Source: Candidatus Latescibacterota bacterium
Lineage (GTDB): Bacteria > Latescibacterota > UBA2968 > UBA8231
DNA: 64,000 nt
Direction of reading: 5' to 3'
NCBI GenBank assembly: GCA_965248355.1
Contig: OZ252098.1
Location: forward strand, 1,632,001 to 1,696,000
The notes under the pieces were generated by a model. That model ran no database searches. It worked only from the letters and a program-made list of their open reading frames with translations, and was not told the origin of the DNA. The position numbers and the translations under genes are program-made. Positions 40,052 through 50,378 of the stretch are shown here, one piece after another (within the stretch, counting starts at the first letter, position 1; each line of letters starts with the position of its first letter).

Positions 40052-40088
40052 AGAGGGCGGGCGCCCAGAGGCTCCCGCCCTCTTCTTT
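40052..40088 (+). terminator. Intrinsic terminator after groEL
   Basis: AGAGGGCGGG...CCCGCCCTCT stem followed by TCTTT. Confidence 0.7.
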
Positions 40089-40170
40089 GTCAAGAGCCGT
40101 TTGAGCGCCGCGCCGGGCGGCGTACCCTTCTGCGGGACAGGACCTCCAACCAGGGACAGGACGCGATTCC

Positions 40171-41301
40171 ATGGCCGCCACGACGACCCCCGCCTCCATC
40201 TACGAGCGCCTGGACGTGCGCACCTTCATCAACGCCCGGGGCACCATCACCACCCTCGGTGGCTCGATCATGCCGCCCGAGGTCGTGGCCGCCATGGCCG
40301 AGGCCTCCCTGCGCTTCGTCCGCCTGGAGGAGCTGCACGAGCGGGTGGGCGTGCGCATCGCCGGGCTCACCGGATCGGAGGCCGCCTACGTCTGCGCCGG
40401 CGCCGCCAGCGGCATGCTCCTGGCGGGCGCCGCCTGTCTCACGGGCACCGACCGGAGGGCCATCGCCGCGCTCCCCGATACCGGCGGCCGCCCGAACCGG
40501 TTCGTCATCAGCCTCGTGGACAGCCACGCCTACGTGCACCAGGGCTTCCGGGTCTGCGGCGGCGAGCTGGTCCGGGTCGGCTCCAGGGAGTCGGTCACGG
40601 CGGCCGACTACGAGGCCGCCCTCGACGAGCGCACGGCCGCCGTCGTCTTCTTTCTCGGCAGTCAGCCCCTGGAGCAGCTGCGCGAGATCGTCCCCATCGC
40701 CCGGAAGCGGGGCGTCCCGGTCATCGTCGACGCCGCCGCCCAGCTGCCGCCGCGCTCGCACCTGACCGGTCTGACCACCGACGTGGGCGCGGACCTGGCC
40801 GTCTTCAGCGGCGGCAAGGGGCTCTTCGGCCCGCAGTCGAGCGGGCTGATCCTCGGCCGCGCCGACCTGGTGGAGGCCGCCTCCCTGAACAGCAGTCCCC
40901 ACTCCGGCGTGGGCCGGGGGATGAAGGTGGGCAAGGAGGAGGTGGCCGGGCTGCTGCGGGCGGTGGAACTCTTCCTGGAGGCCGATGAGGGGCGGGTGAT
41001 CTCCGAGTGGGAGCGCCGCTGCCGGGTGGTGGCGGCGGCGGCCGAGGGCGTCGACGGGGTCACGGCGGAATACGACCCCCCCTTCACGAACCGCTTCCCT
41101 CCGGCCAGCCCCATCGTGCGCCTGCGCTTCGCCGGCCAGGCCCCGGCCGGCAGCCGGGCGGTGGCGGCCGCCCTCGAGCAGGGTGACCCGTCGATCCTCG
41201 TGAGCGCCTCGGAGGACTCGATCACCGTCGCTCCGCAGACGCTTCAGGAGGGCGAGGCCGAGATCATCGCCGATCGGCTCCGCGCCGTCCTGTCGGCCTG
41301 A
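40171..41301 (+). CDS. SelA-like PLP-dependent enzyme (DgaE/D-glucosaminate-6-phosphate ammonia-lyase family)
   Basis: FINARGT.T.LGGS, VIVDAAAQ, FSGGKGL.GPQSSG, GRGMKVGKEE. Confidence 0.88.
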   Translation: MAATTTPASIYERLDVRTFINARGTITTLGGSIMPPEVVAAMAEASLRFVRLEELHERVGVRIAGLTGSEAAYVCAGAASGMLLAGAACLTGTDRRAIAALPDTGGRPNRFVISLVDSHAYVHQGFRVCGGELVRVGSRESVTAADYEAALDERTAAVVFFLGSQPLEQLREIVPIARKRGVPVIVDAAAQLPPRSHLTGLTTDVGADLAVFSGGKGLFGPQSSGLILGRADLVEAASLNSSPHSGVGRGMKVGKEEVAGLLRAVELFLEADEGRVISEWERRCRVVAAAAEGVDGVTAEYDPPFTNRFPPASPIVRLRFAGQAPAGSRAVAAALEQGDPSILVSASEDSITVAPQTLQEGEAEIIADRLRAVLSA

Positions 41302-41336
41302 GGGATCGCCGGGGGAGACCCGCCGCAGGCTGACGG

Positions 41337-42347
41337 CTACACCCGCACCCGGCGCCCCCGCTTGACCGACTCGATCTCCTTGAGGCACAGCCGCAGGCTG
41401 TTGCGGGCGCCGACCCCCGACAGCTCCTCCGAATCCTCTCCGGCGGCGACCGCCCGCACCGCCTCCCGCAGCTCACCGACGAAGCCGTCCCTTCCGGGGC
41501 GCCTCGGCCTGCGGCTTTGGCCGTCGGCGGTCAACAGCACGGGCGGCTGACCCCAGGAGCTGTTGTACTTGAGGGTGGCCCGCTCGAAGAACACGTCGTA
41601 GCCGTGCTCGAAGGGGCAGCCCTGCTGGGACAGCCAGCCGCCGCTGGCGGTCACCTGGGGCCCGCCTTCGTAGTGGTAGTGGGTGTCGATGTGCTCCACC
41701 ACACCCCCCTTGCGGACCACTCCGGCCGAGGTCACCGCCTCGGGCAGGCCGAAGAGGAACTGCACGAAGTCGGCGTCGTGGATGTGCAGGTCGATGGCCG
41801 GTCCGCCGGTGCGGTCCAGGTCCTTCGGGTCCCACCAGGCCGGCATGGAGATGACGCGCTTGAAGTCCGCCGCCAGCACGGGACCGTGCTCGCCGCCGTC
41901 CACCAGCTCCTTGATCAGCCGGAACTCGGGGAAGAACCGCAGGACGTGGGCGACCATCAGCCGCAGGCCGCGCTTCTCCGCCTCCGCCACCATGCGGTCC
42001 GCCTGGCGCAGGTCCAGGGCGATGGGCTTTTCCAGGAAGACGTGCTTGCCCGCCGACAGGGCGGCCATGGTCCACTCGTAGTGCAGGGTGGTGGGCAGGC
42101 AGATGTCCACCAGGTCCACGCGGTCGTCGGCCAGCAGGTCCTCGATGCGGTCGTACGCGGCCACGCGCCGCAGATCGTGGACGCCGCCGTCGTCGCCGAA
42201 ATTGCCCTTCACCGAGCGCCAGTCGCCGCCCAGTTTCGTGGGGTCCCGCGTGCAGATGGCGGTCACCCTCGCCCCCTTCACCCGGGCGATGGCCTTGTAG
42301 TGCGTGGTGCCCATGAAACCGACGCCGACGATGCCGATGCGTACCAT
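41337..42347 (-). CDS. Gfo/Idh/MocA family oxidoreductase
   Basis: IGIVGVGFMG, DICLPT..H, GKHVFLEKP, DLHIHD; upstream TTGACA-18-TATCGT. Confidence 0.93.
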   Translation of the reverse strand: MVRIGIVGVGFMGTTHYKAIARVKGARVTAICTRDPTKLGGDWRSVKGNFGDDGGVHDLRRVAAYDRIEDLLADDRVDLVDICLPTTLHYEWTMAALSAGKHVFLEKPIALDLRQADRMVAEAEKRGLRLMVAHVLRFFPEFRLIKELVDGGEHGPVLAADFKRVISMPAWWDPKDLDRTGGPAIDLHIHDADFVQFLFGLPEAVTSAGVVRKGGVVEHIDTHYHYEGGPQVTASGGWLSQQGCPFEHGYDVFFERATLKYNSSWGQPPVLLTADGQSRRPRRPGRDGFVGELREAVRAVAAGEDSEELSGVGARNSLRLCLKEIESVKRGRRVRV

Positions 42348-42417
42348 GCGGTTTTTCTCTCTCCCTTGGGGGCGGCTACGATACCCGAGCTCCGGAAGAG
42401 ATGTCAAGGGCTCCTGA

Positions 42418-45400
42418 TCAGCGCGGCAGGACGGCGATCCGCAGGCGGCGCACCCGGCCCTCGTGCTCGACGCGCACGAGGTAGATCCCGGCGGCCACAG
42501 GGGCGCCGGCGCGGTTGTGGCCGGTCCACGACAGCCCTCCGTCGCCATCGTCCTCCCGGCCGCTCCAGACCAGCTCCCCGGCGACCGTGAAGACCTGCAC
42601 CTCGGCTTCTCCGGGCAGACCGGCGAGGGTCAGCTCCGCGCCGGCGGGGTCGAAGGGATTGGGATACGCCCAGACCTCCTCCAGCCGGTGGACCTCCAGG
42701 CGGACCAGGGTCCGCACCCGCAACGGCCGGCCGAGACCGTCCCGCAGCCCCCAGACCTCGACCTCGTAGGGGCGGCCCCGGGGTCTCAGGGGCGTGGCCT
42801 GGGGCAGCACCAGCCACACCGTGCGATCGTCCTCCCCGGGATCGATTCTCTCGACGAGGATGCGCCCCCCGTCGACGACGGCCTCGGCCCCCCGGACCTC
42901 CGAGAGGGCGCGGTCGAAGCGGAGCTGGATCCTCGAAGGCTCGGAGAGGATCGCCTCCTGCAGCCGGGCCGGTGGGGGGACCGGCTCCAGGCGCAGGGAG
43001 ACCGTCCTCGAGCCCCGGAGGCCCACGAGGCCCCCACGGGCCGAACGCACCCCCGTGGCCTCCAGGATCACGGTGCCGGTGTCGGGCAGGGCCCGGTCGA
43101 AGGAGAGCAGCAGCCGCCGTCCACCCTGGTCGAGCAGACCGTTCCGCGGCCTGGCCACTTCGGGGATCAGCCGCCACCGGTGGGACTGGGACGCCTCCGG
43201 AGCCATGGGCTGGTCGAAATGGACCGCCAGCAGCCGGGGGTCGCTGCGCAGGACGTCGAGGATGACCGGACCCTCCCCGGGTTTCACGACCTGAACCTGG
43301 GAGCTCTCGCCTCGCCGGCCCTCCGCGTCGATGGCCGCGACCCGGTAGCCGTAGCTCCCTCCGGGGACCAGTCCGGAATCGACGCGCGCGTAGCGCAGCC
43401 CCAGGCCGGCCTCCACCCTGACCACCACCGAGTCGTCCCGGTCCACCTCGTACCAGGAGGCCCCGGAGACCGGCTCCCATACCAGCTCGACGCGGTCGCG
43501 CCCCAGGGACCGGACCCTCCACCCCGGCGGTGCGCCCAGCCGGGCGGCGTCCCCCGTCCAGGAGAGACTGCGAATGGCCCCGTCCGGGGCGTTGAAGAAC
43601 AGGTCGATGCGTCCGTCGCCGTCGGCGTCGCCCGTGGCCGGGCGCCAGGTCTCGCCCGCCTCCTCGTGCCACACGACCTCGAAGCCGCCGTCGCCGTCGG
43701 CGCGGAAGACGTAGAGGTGCGGCACCAGCACGGCGATCCATTCCAGCTGCCCGTCCAGGTCGAGGTCCGCCATGGCGATACCGGCTCCCCGGGAGGATCC
43801 GGCCAGCACCTGTCCCTGCCACTCGCGCTGGTACTCGTCGTCGCCGGCGGCCCCGTAGACCGAGAGGCGCCAGCGCCGGCCCTCCAGGTCGAAGGGATCG
43901 CGCCGCAGCCGGCCGCTGACGAACTCGGCTTCCCCGTCCCCGTCGAGGTCGGCGCCGCCCCCCACCAGCCGGCCGTCGACGAACTCCTCCTCCTCCAGGT
44001 CCCGCCAGGACCGGCGGTAGGCGTCGTCCACCCCGGCCTCGAAGACCAGCAGGTCGCCGTCGCTGTCCCCGGTGAGCAGGTCTCCCCTGCCGTCGCCGTC
44101 CAGGTCCGCCGCCACCTGTCTCGTGCCGAGCTCGTTCTCGCCCGGGGTGTCGTTCACGAGGGCCGCGGTCTCGGCGTAGTCGTCGTCGCCCCGGCTCTCG
44201 AAGACCCTGAACAGCTCGGCCGTGGCCGAGCGCAGGAACATCTCCGGCCGGCCGTCGGCGTCGGCGTCGAGGACCTCCCCGCCCCAGGCGTCGCGGACCG
44301 CCCAGGCCCTGCGCTCCGGGTACAGGCCGGGGGCCTGCTGCTCGAACAGACGGACCCGGCGGGCGTCCACGGCCATGAGCTCCAGGCGGCCGTCGGCGTC
44401 GAGATCGTGACGGCCCCACGGGATGAACCAGCTCGAGGTGGAGTGCGCGGGCTCCGTCTCCCCCCATTCGAAGAAGGCGCTGGGGGCGTAGGTCCCGTCG
44501 TCTCCGTGGACCATGGCCACCACCTCCCGGCGGCCGTCCCCGTCGAAGTCGGAGAGCTCCGGCATCAGGTAGCCGCCGGGCAGGGACGGACCGGAGCGCG
44601 GATTCGACCGGTCCACCGCGCCGGGCCGCACGATCAGGCTGTCGCGGACCTGCACGCCCTCCCCATCGGTGAAGATCCGCACCTCGTAGGCCCCGGGCGG
44701 CACGTCGGAGGGAAGCAAGAGGACCTGATCGACCCGGCCGGACGGGGCCGGCAGCCCCAGGACGCGGCCGCCGGCGGAGGTCAGCTCCAGCCTTCCCGCC
44801 GACGGCCGGTCGGTCTTCCAGGAGACCAGGTCCCTCCACCGGGGGCCCTGCAGAGCGCGCCCGACGGACCAGCCGAGGACACGGGCGCCCTCCGGCGCCA
44901 GCCGCACGGCCACCCGGCGCGAGTGCGCCCGCGGCCCCTCCCGAACCGTGGCTCGCAGCGAGTAGACCCCGGGGGGCAGGTCCGCCGTCGGCCAGAGCAC
45001 CGCCGAATCGGCGGGGCCCTGCCAGGTCAGGGCCTCCACCCTGTGCCAGCGGCCCGGGCTTTCCCCGTCCCCCCAGTCCAGGATCAGCTCCAGGCCGGCG
45101 GCCCCCGTCACCTCCAGCTCCACCTCGAAGGCGGGGGGCCGGATCCGCTGCTGCGCCGTGGGGGCCCGGAAGGCGACGGCCAGGGGCGGCTCGGTCTGGG
45201 CGGAGGGGATCTGCAGCAGGCCGTGGCCGGTGGCCGCGTCCCATCCGGGGACCGGGCCCGCGTCCCGGGCGGATGCGGCGAGGACGCCGAGGACCTGCAG
45301 CGGCGTGTACCCGGGGTGGCGGGCCAGCACCAGGGCCGCGGCGCCCGCCACGTGGGGGGCCGCCATGGAGGTGCCGGACTGGGCGCCGTACCCGCCGCCG

Positions 45401-46581
45401 GGCCGGGTGCTGTGAATGGCCACCCCCGGGGCCGCCAGATCGATGCTCGGCCCGAAGTTCGAGAACGGCGCGGCGCGGCCGTCGCGCTGGACCGCGGCGA
45501 CCGCGATCGCGCCCGGCAGGCGCGCCGGATAGAAGACCTCGGAGGAACCTTCGTTGCCGGCGGCGGCCACGACCACCAGGCCGCGGGCCAGGGCGAAGCG
45601 GACGGCGTCGTCGATGAGGGGCGAGTAGACCGGATCGCCCAGACTCAGGTTCACCACGTCGGCCCCGTTCCGGGCCGCGTAGACCACCGCCGCGGCGACG
45701 TCGTCGTCCTGCAGGTAGCCGGCGCCGCCGATGACGAGTCCCGCTCTCAGCGGCATCACCCGGACCCCGGGAGCCACCCCGGCGATGCCCTCCCCGTTGC
45801 CGGCCGCGGCGGCGGCGACCCCGGCCACCTGGGTTCCGTGGCCGGAATCGTCGTCCGGGTCGGCATCGCGTTCGAGGTAGTCCCCGGTCCCCGGCAGGCC
45901 CGGCGCGTCGGTGAAGTCCCAGCCGGCCACGTCGTCCACGTAGCCGTTGCCGTCGTCGTCGATCCCCGGTTGGCCCAGGGCCTCGGCGGGGTTCCGCCAG
46001 ATCTGGTCGCGCAGGTCGGGGTGGGCGGCGTCGATGCCCGAGTCGACGACGGCGATCAGCACCCCCTCGGCCGAGCCCGGGTCGCGAGACCGCCAGCCCA
46101 CGGCCTCCAGCCCCCACTGCTCGTCGAGGAGCGGGTCGTCGGTGCCGAAGTCGGCGGTGCGCCGCAGGTAGTTGGGCTGCGCCGCCTCGACGGCGGAGGT
46201 CCGGGCGTAGCGCTCGGCCAGCTCGAGGGCCGGGATTCCGCCGTCGAAGCGCAGCACCGACCATCGGCCGAGGGCCGCCGCCTCCGGCTCGGGGGCGGCC
46301 CTGCGCCCCGCCGCCGGGCGAAACGGCAGCAGCGGCGTCTCCGAGCGCAGGCCGAGGGCCTCGTTGAGGGAATCGAGCTCCGCCAGCCGGCCGGGAGAGA
46401 GGGGCCGCGCCGCGGAGGCCCGCCACCGGACCAGCACCTCGCCGGGCGTGACCTGCCCGGCCGGCGAGGTCCGGGGGTGGCAGAGCAGGCACAGCGCGAG
46501 GATCACGGCGCCCGGAGCCGCGTACCGGACCGGGTGGCCGCGCCCCTTCGGGAGATCGCCTCGACGGCGGGGCCGGATCAT
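42418..46581 (-). CDS. Secreted S8 (subtilisin-like) serine protease with FG-GAP/VCBS repeats, FN3/Ig domains and C-terminal FlgD-Ig/T9SS-like domain
   Basis: AVVDSG, HGTQVAG, AAGN, SGTSMAAPHVAG; multiple D.DGDG repeats; YPNPF...GIYL tail. The true start may be slightly downstream. Confidence 0.92.
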   Translation of the reverse strand: MIRPRRRGDLPKGRGHPVRYAAPGAVILALCLLCHPRTSPAGQVTPGEVLVRWRASAARPLSPGRLAELDSLNEALGLRSETPLLPFRPAAGRRAAPEPEAAALGRWSVLRFDGGIPALELAERYARTSAVEAAQPNYLRRTADFGTDDPLLDEQWGLEAVGWRSRDPGSAEGVLIAVVDSGIDAAHPDLRDQIWRNPAEALGQPGIDDDGNGYVDDVAGWDFTDAPGLPGTGDYLERDADPDDDSGHGTQVAGVAAAAAGNGEGIAGVAPGVRVMPLRAGLVIGGAGYLQDDDVAAAVVYAARNGADVVNLSLGDPVYSPLIDDAVRFALARGLVVVAAAGNEGSSEVFYPARLPGAIAVAAVQRDGRAAPFSNFGPSIDLAAPGVAIHSTRPGGGYGAQSGTSMAAPHVAGAAALVLARHPGYTPLQVLGVLAASARDAGPVPGWDAATGHGLLQIPSAQTEPPLAVAFRAPTAQQRIRPPAFEVELEVTGAAGLELILDWGDGESPGRWHRVEALTWQGPADSAVLWPTADLPPGVYSLRATVREGPRAHSRRVAVRLAPEGARVLGWSVGRALQGPRWRDLVSWKTDRPSAGRLELTSAGGRVLGLPAPSGRVDQVLLLPSDVPPGAYEVRIFTDGEGVQVRDSLIVRPGAVDRSNPRSGPSLPGGYLMPELSDFDGDGRREVVAMVHGDDGTYAPSAFFEWGETEPAHSTSSWFIPWGRHDLDADGRLELMAVDARRVRLFEQQAPGLYPERRAWAVRDAWGGEVLDADADGRPEMFLRSATAELFRVFESRGDDDYAETAALVNDTPGENELGTRQVAADLDGDGRGDLLTGDSDGDLLVFEAGVDDAYRRSWRDLEEEEFVDGRLVGGGADLDGDGEAEFVSGRLRRDPFDLEGRRWRLSVYGAAGDDEYQREWQGQVLAGSSRGAGIAMADLDLDGQLEWIAVLVPHLYVFRADGDGGFEVVWHEEAGETWRPATGDADGDGRIDLFFNAPDGAIRSLSWTGDAARLGAPPGWRVRSLGRDRVELVWEPVSGASWYEVDRDDSVVVRVEAGLGLRYARVDSGLVPGGSYGYRVAAIDAEGRRGESSQVQVVKPGEGPVILDVLRSDPRLLAVHFDQPMAPEASQSHRWRLIPEVARPRNGLLDQGGRRLLLSFDRALPDTGTVILEATGVRSARGGLVGLRGSRTVSLRLEPVPPPARLQEAILSEPSRIQLRFDRALSEVRGAEAVVDGGRILVERIDPGEDDRTVWLVLPQATPLRPRGRPYEVEVWGLRDGLGRPLRVRTLVRLEVHRLEEVWAYPNPFDPAGAELTLAGLPGEAEVQVFTVAGELVWSGREDDGDGGLSWTGHNRAGAPVAAGIYLVRVEHEGRVRRLRIAVLPR

Positions 46582-46609
46582 CGGGAGGCGGCCAGAGCCG
46601 GACGGGCTC

Positions 46610-47149
46610 CTAGCCGATGAGCTGGAGGAACTCGGACCGGGTCTGGCTGCTGTTGCGGAAGGCGCCGAGCATGCACGAGGTCGTCATCCGGCAGTTCTGC
46701 TTCTCCACTCCGCGCATCATCATGCACAGGTGCCGGGCCTCGATCACGACGCCGACTCCGCGAGGCTCGACCAGCTCCTTGATCGACTCGGCGATCTGCG
46801 CCGTCAGGTTCTCCTGGATCTGCAGGCGGCGGGCGAAGAGATCGACGATGCGGGCCACCTTGGACAGCCCCATGATCCGGCCCCGGGGCAGGTACCCCAC
46901 GTGGCAGCGGCCGAGGAAAGGCAGCAGGTGGTGCTCGCACAGGGAATAGACCTCGATGTCGCGGACGATGACCATCTCGTCATTGCGGCTCTCGTAGATC
47001 GCCGACCCGACGACCTCGGCCGGAGTCCGGCCGTAGCCGCTGGTCAGGAACTCGAAGGCCCGGGCCGCCCGGCGGGGGGTCCCGGCGAGTCCTTCGCGAT
47101 CGGGGTCCTCCCCGACCCCTTCGATCAACCGCCGGTAGAGTTCCTCCAT
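46610..47149 (-). CDS. folE: GTP cyclohydrolase I
   Basis: [53 protein letters not shown]. Confidence 0.97.
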   Translation of the reverse strand: MEELYRRLIEGVGEDPDREGLAGTPRRAARAFEFLTSGYGRTPAEVVGSAIYESRNDEMVIVRDIEVYSLCEHHLLPFLGRCHVGYLPRGRIMGLSKVARIVDLFARRLQIQENLTAQIAESIKELVEPRGVGVVIEARHLCMMMRGVEKQNCRMTTSCMLGAFRNSSQTRSEFLQLIG

Positions 47150-47274
47150 CTCCTCTTTCCACTGCAACGCCGGGAGAGACGCCGCGTTGACCGGTCCTGC
47201 GGCGGGCGTATCTTCGCTGGCAAGCGGCGCCCGCTGGGCGGCCACCACACGCATCGCGACATGGAGCTCGGTCA

Positions 47275-47607
47275 ATGACAACAATCGATCTGACGGCCAG
47301 GACCTGCAAGCCCTGCGAGGGCGGGGTCCCGCCGATGACGACCCGGGAGATCGAGGCCATGCTGCCCGAGGTGGAGGGCTGGTCCCTGTCCGAGGGGCAC
47401 CTGCAGCGCAGCTTCGGCTTCGGCAACTACTACCAGACCATCTCCTTCGTGAATGCCGTGGCCTGGGTGGCCAACCAGGAGAACCACCACCCGGTGATGG
47501 ACGTGGGCTTCCGCGAGTGCACGGTGAAGTTCTGGACCCACGCCATCGACGGGCTCTCCGAGAACGACTTCATCTGCGCCGCCAAGATCAACCGCCTGGC
47601 GGGCTGA
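47275..47607 (+). CDS. phhB: Pterin-4-alpha-carbinolamine dehydratase
   Basis: CKPCEGG, FVNAVA..A...[23 protein letters not shown]. Confidence 0.93.
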   Translation: MTTIDLTARTCKPCEGGVPPMTTREIEAMLPEVEGWSLSEGHLQRSFGFGNYYQTISFVNAVAWVANQENHHPVMDVGFRECTVKFWTHAIDGLSENDFICAAKINRLAG

Positions 47608-47630
47608 GGCCGCCCCGCCAATCCCTCGGC

Positions 47631-48317
47631 TTGCTGCTCTCCGAGATCTTCACCAGCCTCCAGGGGGAGGGCCGCTACGCCGGCCATCCCAGCCTGTTCG
47701 TGCGCACCTCGGGCTGCAACCTGCGCTGCGCCTGGTGCGACACGCCGCACACCTCCTGGCACAGCGACGGCCGGTCCGTGGACGTGGAGCGCATCCTCGC
47801 CGACACGCGGGAATGGCGCGACGTGCGGCACGCCGTCGTCACCGGGGGCGAGCCCATGCTGCAGCCCGACCTTCCCCGGCTCGTGGACGGCCTGAGCGAG
47901 CGGGGTCACCTGGTCACCATCGAGACCGCGGCGACCCGCTTCGTCGAGGGTCTGCGCCCCCACCTGTTCAGCCTGTCGCCGAAGCTGGCCAACAGCCGGC
48001 CCGGTCCGGAGCACCCCGGGGAGCGGCGCCTCCACGAGGGCAACAACCGCCACGACCTGATCCCCCGGTTCCTCGACGCCGGGTGCGAGGTGCAGGTGAA
48101 GTTCGTCGTCCAGGGGGCCGAGGACCTGCCGGAGATCCTCGAGCAGGTCGAGCGCTGGCGGGTCCCGCGCAACCTCGTCTACCTGATGCCCGAGGGCGTC
48201 ACCCGCGAGGTCCTTCTCGAGCGCGGCCCGGTGGTGGCCGACATCTGCCGCGCCGAGGGCTTCCGGTTCACGGGCCGCATGCACATCGAGCTCTGGGGCA
48301 ACGCCCGGGGAACGTGA
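47631..48317 (+). CDS. queE: 7-carboxy-7-deazaguanine synthase (radical SAM)
   Basis: SEIFTSLQGEG, FVRTSGCNLRCAWCDT, VTGGEP, SLSPKL, KFVV, LMPEG, RMHIELWG; TTG start inferred. Confidence 0.93.
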   Translation: MLLSEIFTSLQGEGRYAGHPSLFVRTSGCNLRCAWCDTPHTSWHSDGRSVDVERILADTREWRDVRHAVVTGGEPMLQPDLPRLVDGLSERGHLVTIETAATRFVEGLRPHLFSLSPKLANSRPGPEHPGERRLHEGNNRHDLIPRFLDAGCEVQVKFVVQGAEDLPEILEQVERWRVPRNLVYLMPEGVTREVLLERGPVVADICRAEGFRFTGRMHIELWGNARGT

Positions 48318-48387
48318 CCCGGGCCGCAGGCCTCCCCCCGGGGCCGGGTCGCACCTGGCCGCCGCAGCGCCTTTCTTTCTCATCCTC

Positions 48388-49539
48388 ATGACCACTCCGC
48401 CCTACGGCGTCCTGCTCGTCAGCTTCAGCCGCCACAGCCACCAAGGCAGCTTCGTCCCCCTGTACCAGTCCCATCCGCGGACGCGGATCGTCGCCGTCGC
48501 CGACGAGGACGGCGAGATCGACGAGGCCCTGCGGCAGCTCAACCGCCGCTGGGCGCGGGACCTCGGCGTTCCCTACCTGCCGAAGGTCGAGGACGGCCTC
48601 CGGCGGGACGACGTCGACATCGTCAGCATCGCCCACGAGATCGAGCGCCGGGCGGACCTGGCCGTGCGCGCCGCGAGGGCCGGCAAGCATCTCTGGATCG
48701 ACAAGTTCATGGGCGCCACCATCGACGAGTGCGACGCCGTGGTCGGTGCCGTGGCCGACTCGGGGGTGCGCGCCATCGTGCCCAGCTTCCACTACGGCTC
48801 CCTCGTGCGCCACGCCCTCGAGGCCCTGCGGCGCGATCCCATCGGCGAGCTCCTCGGCGTCCACGTGGACGCCATGTTCTCCAAGGGATGGCCCCGGCCG
48901 ATCGCCGAAGAGGACCGCCGCCCCTTCCGCCCGGCGGGACGCTGGAAGTTCGACCAGGTCAAGCGCGAGCTGCTCACCGTCGGCTCCTACGCCGTCGGCC
49001 TCGTGCAGGCCTGTCTCGACCAGCCCGTGGCCCGGGTCGTCGGGCACGGGGGCGCCTTCTTCTTCCCCGAGCACGCCCGCACCGGCACCGAGGACTTCGG
49101 CACCCTCACCATGAGCGATGCCGCCGGCCGCACGGCCACGATCTGCGGCGGCCGCATCGGCGTGGCCACCCATCCCGCCGGGGGCCCTTCGCGGGCCTTC
49201 CTCGTCGGCTCCCGGGGCACGCTCACCATCGACGCCAAGAGGCCCGCGGCCCAGGTCTTCCTGCGCCCCGAGATCGTGGAGGCCGGCTACGAGCCGGACC
49301 CCGATGACTGGATGCAATGGGCCAGCGGTCCCCCCCTCCTGAACCCTTCCCTTGACGCCGATCCGGCCGGTCTGGCCGCCGGCCTGGAGGACCTGGTGAG
49401 CGCCCTCGACGAGGATCGGGATCCGTCCTGCCCCGTGGCCCGGGCCCGCGACAACATGGAGATCCTGCTGGCCGGGTACCAGTCGATCTCCGAGGACGGC
49501 ACCGTCGTCGACCTGCCGCTGAAGAGGGGAACGGCCTGA
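48388..49539 (+). CDS. Gfo/Idh/MocA family oxidoreductase (divergent)
   Basis: RIVAVADE, DVDIVSI, AARAGKHLWIDK, EDFG, ARDNMEILLAGYQS. Confidence 0.8.
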   Translation: MTTPPYGVLLVSFSRHSHQGSFVPLYQSHPRTRIVAVADEDGEIDEALRQLNRRWARDLGVPYLPKVEDGLRRDDVDIVSIAHEIERRADLAVRAARAGKHLWIDKFMGATIDECDAVVGAVADSGVRAIVPSFHYGSLVRHALEALRRDPIGELLGVHVDAMFSKGWPRPIAEEDRRPFRPAGRWKFDQVKRELLTVGSYAVGLVQACLDQPVARVVGHGGAFFFPEHARTGTEDFGTLTMSDAAGRTATICGGRIGVATHPAGGPSRAFLVGSRGTLTIDAKRPAAQVFLRPEIVEAGYEPDPDDWMQWASGPPLLNPSLDADPAGLAAGLEDLVSALDEDRDPSCPVARARDNMEILLAGYQSISEDGTVVDLPLKRGTA

Positions 49540-50378
49540 TGGCGGACGGGCTCGTCGTCGTCTGCGGCCCCGACCGGGCGCCGGCCCTGGAGTCGATCGC
49601 CGATAGTCACGGGCTGGCCGGATGGGTCCGCGTCGGCCGCCCCGTGCGCGCCGCGATCGAGGCGCCCCGATTCGGCTCCCTGGAGGAAGGGCTGGACCAG
49701 GCCTCGGCCGTGGCCATGCTGTCGCCCTACCGCGGTCTGGCCGGCGACCTCGAGCGCTGCCGGCGGCGGGGAATCCCGGTCCTGCTGGCGGGTCCTGCCA
49801 GCGCCCGGTCCGACGACCCGGAGTACGCGCCGGGACGCTGGCGCCACTCGGAGACCTGGACCGGCGTGGACGGACTGAGGAGGCGCCCCGCCTTCGGCCG
49901 CCCCGTGTATCTTCGCCAGGTCACGGGCGGCGGGGCCGCCGGCCTGCCGGGCGCCTGGTGGGCCCTGCTCGAGGCCGTGGAGTGCGCCCTGGATCTGCTC
50001 GACGGCCCCATGGCCCGGCTATGGGTCGGAGCCGTGACACGCAACCGACGCTGGCACGCCACGGCCACCCTCGTGGCCAACGCCGGCGCCTCGGCCCAGC
50101 TCGTGGTCGCACCGGCGCCCGATCCGGGAGAGGATCTCATGCTCCTGAGCACGGGAGGTCTGGCCCACGTCGACGCTGCCAGCGCCGCCGCTGTACGGCG
50201 CGACGCCGGGGGCGGGAGCCGCCTGCCGATCCCCCGGGCCTGGCCCGACGCCCGGTGGATCACCGCCGGCCTCGCGGGCGAGCGCCACCCGTCGATCGAT
50301 CGACGCACCCGGGCGGCCCTGCACGCCGCCTTGGGCCGCGCCGCCCGCAGCCGGACCCTGGAACGGGTCAGGCTCTGA
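49539..50378 (+). CDS. Hypothetical protein, degenerate Gfo/Idh/MocA-like
   Basis: Coupled to the previous stop; GIPVLL, FGRPVYLR and AARS...ERVRL echo the Gfo architecture but the NAD motif is absent. Confidence 0.55.
   Translation: MADGLVVVCGPDRAPALESIADSHGLAGWVRVGRPVRAAIEAPRFGSLEEGLDQASAVAMLSPYRGLAGDLERCRRRGIPVLLAGPASARSDDPEYAPGRWRHSETWTGVDGLRRRPAFGRPVYLRQVTGGGAAGLPGAWWALLEAVECALDLLDGPMARLWVGAVTRNRRWHATATLVANAGASAQLVVAPAPDPGEDLMLLSTGGLAHVDAASAAAVRRDAGGGSRLPIPRAWPDARWITAGLAGERHPSIDRRTRAALHAALGRAARSRTLERVRL

Noticed and set aside
40171..41301. True selenocysteine synthase selA
   Set aside because: Short (376 aa), has the DgaE-type GRGMKVGKEE motif, and no selB or selC is nearby
46610..48317. 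7-deazaguanine DNA-modification (dpd) defence island
   Set aside because: No dpdA/tgt-like gene, and folE/queE lie about 20 kb from the helicase-nuclease operon among housekeeping genes
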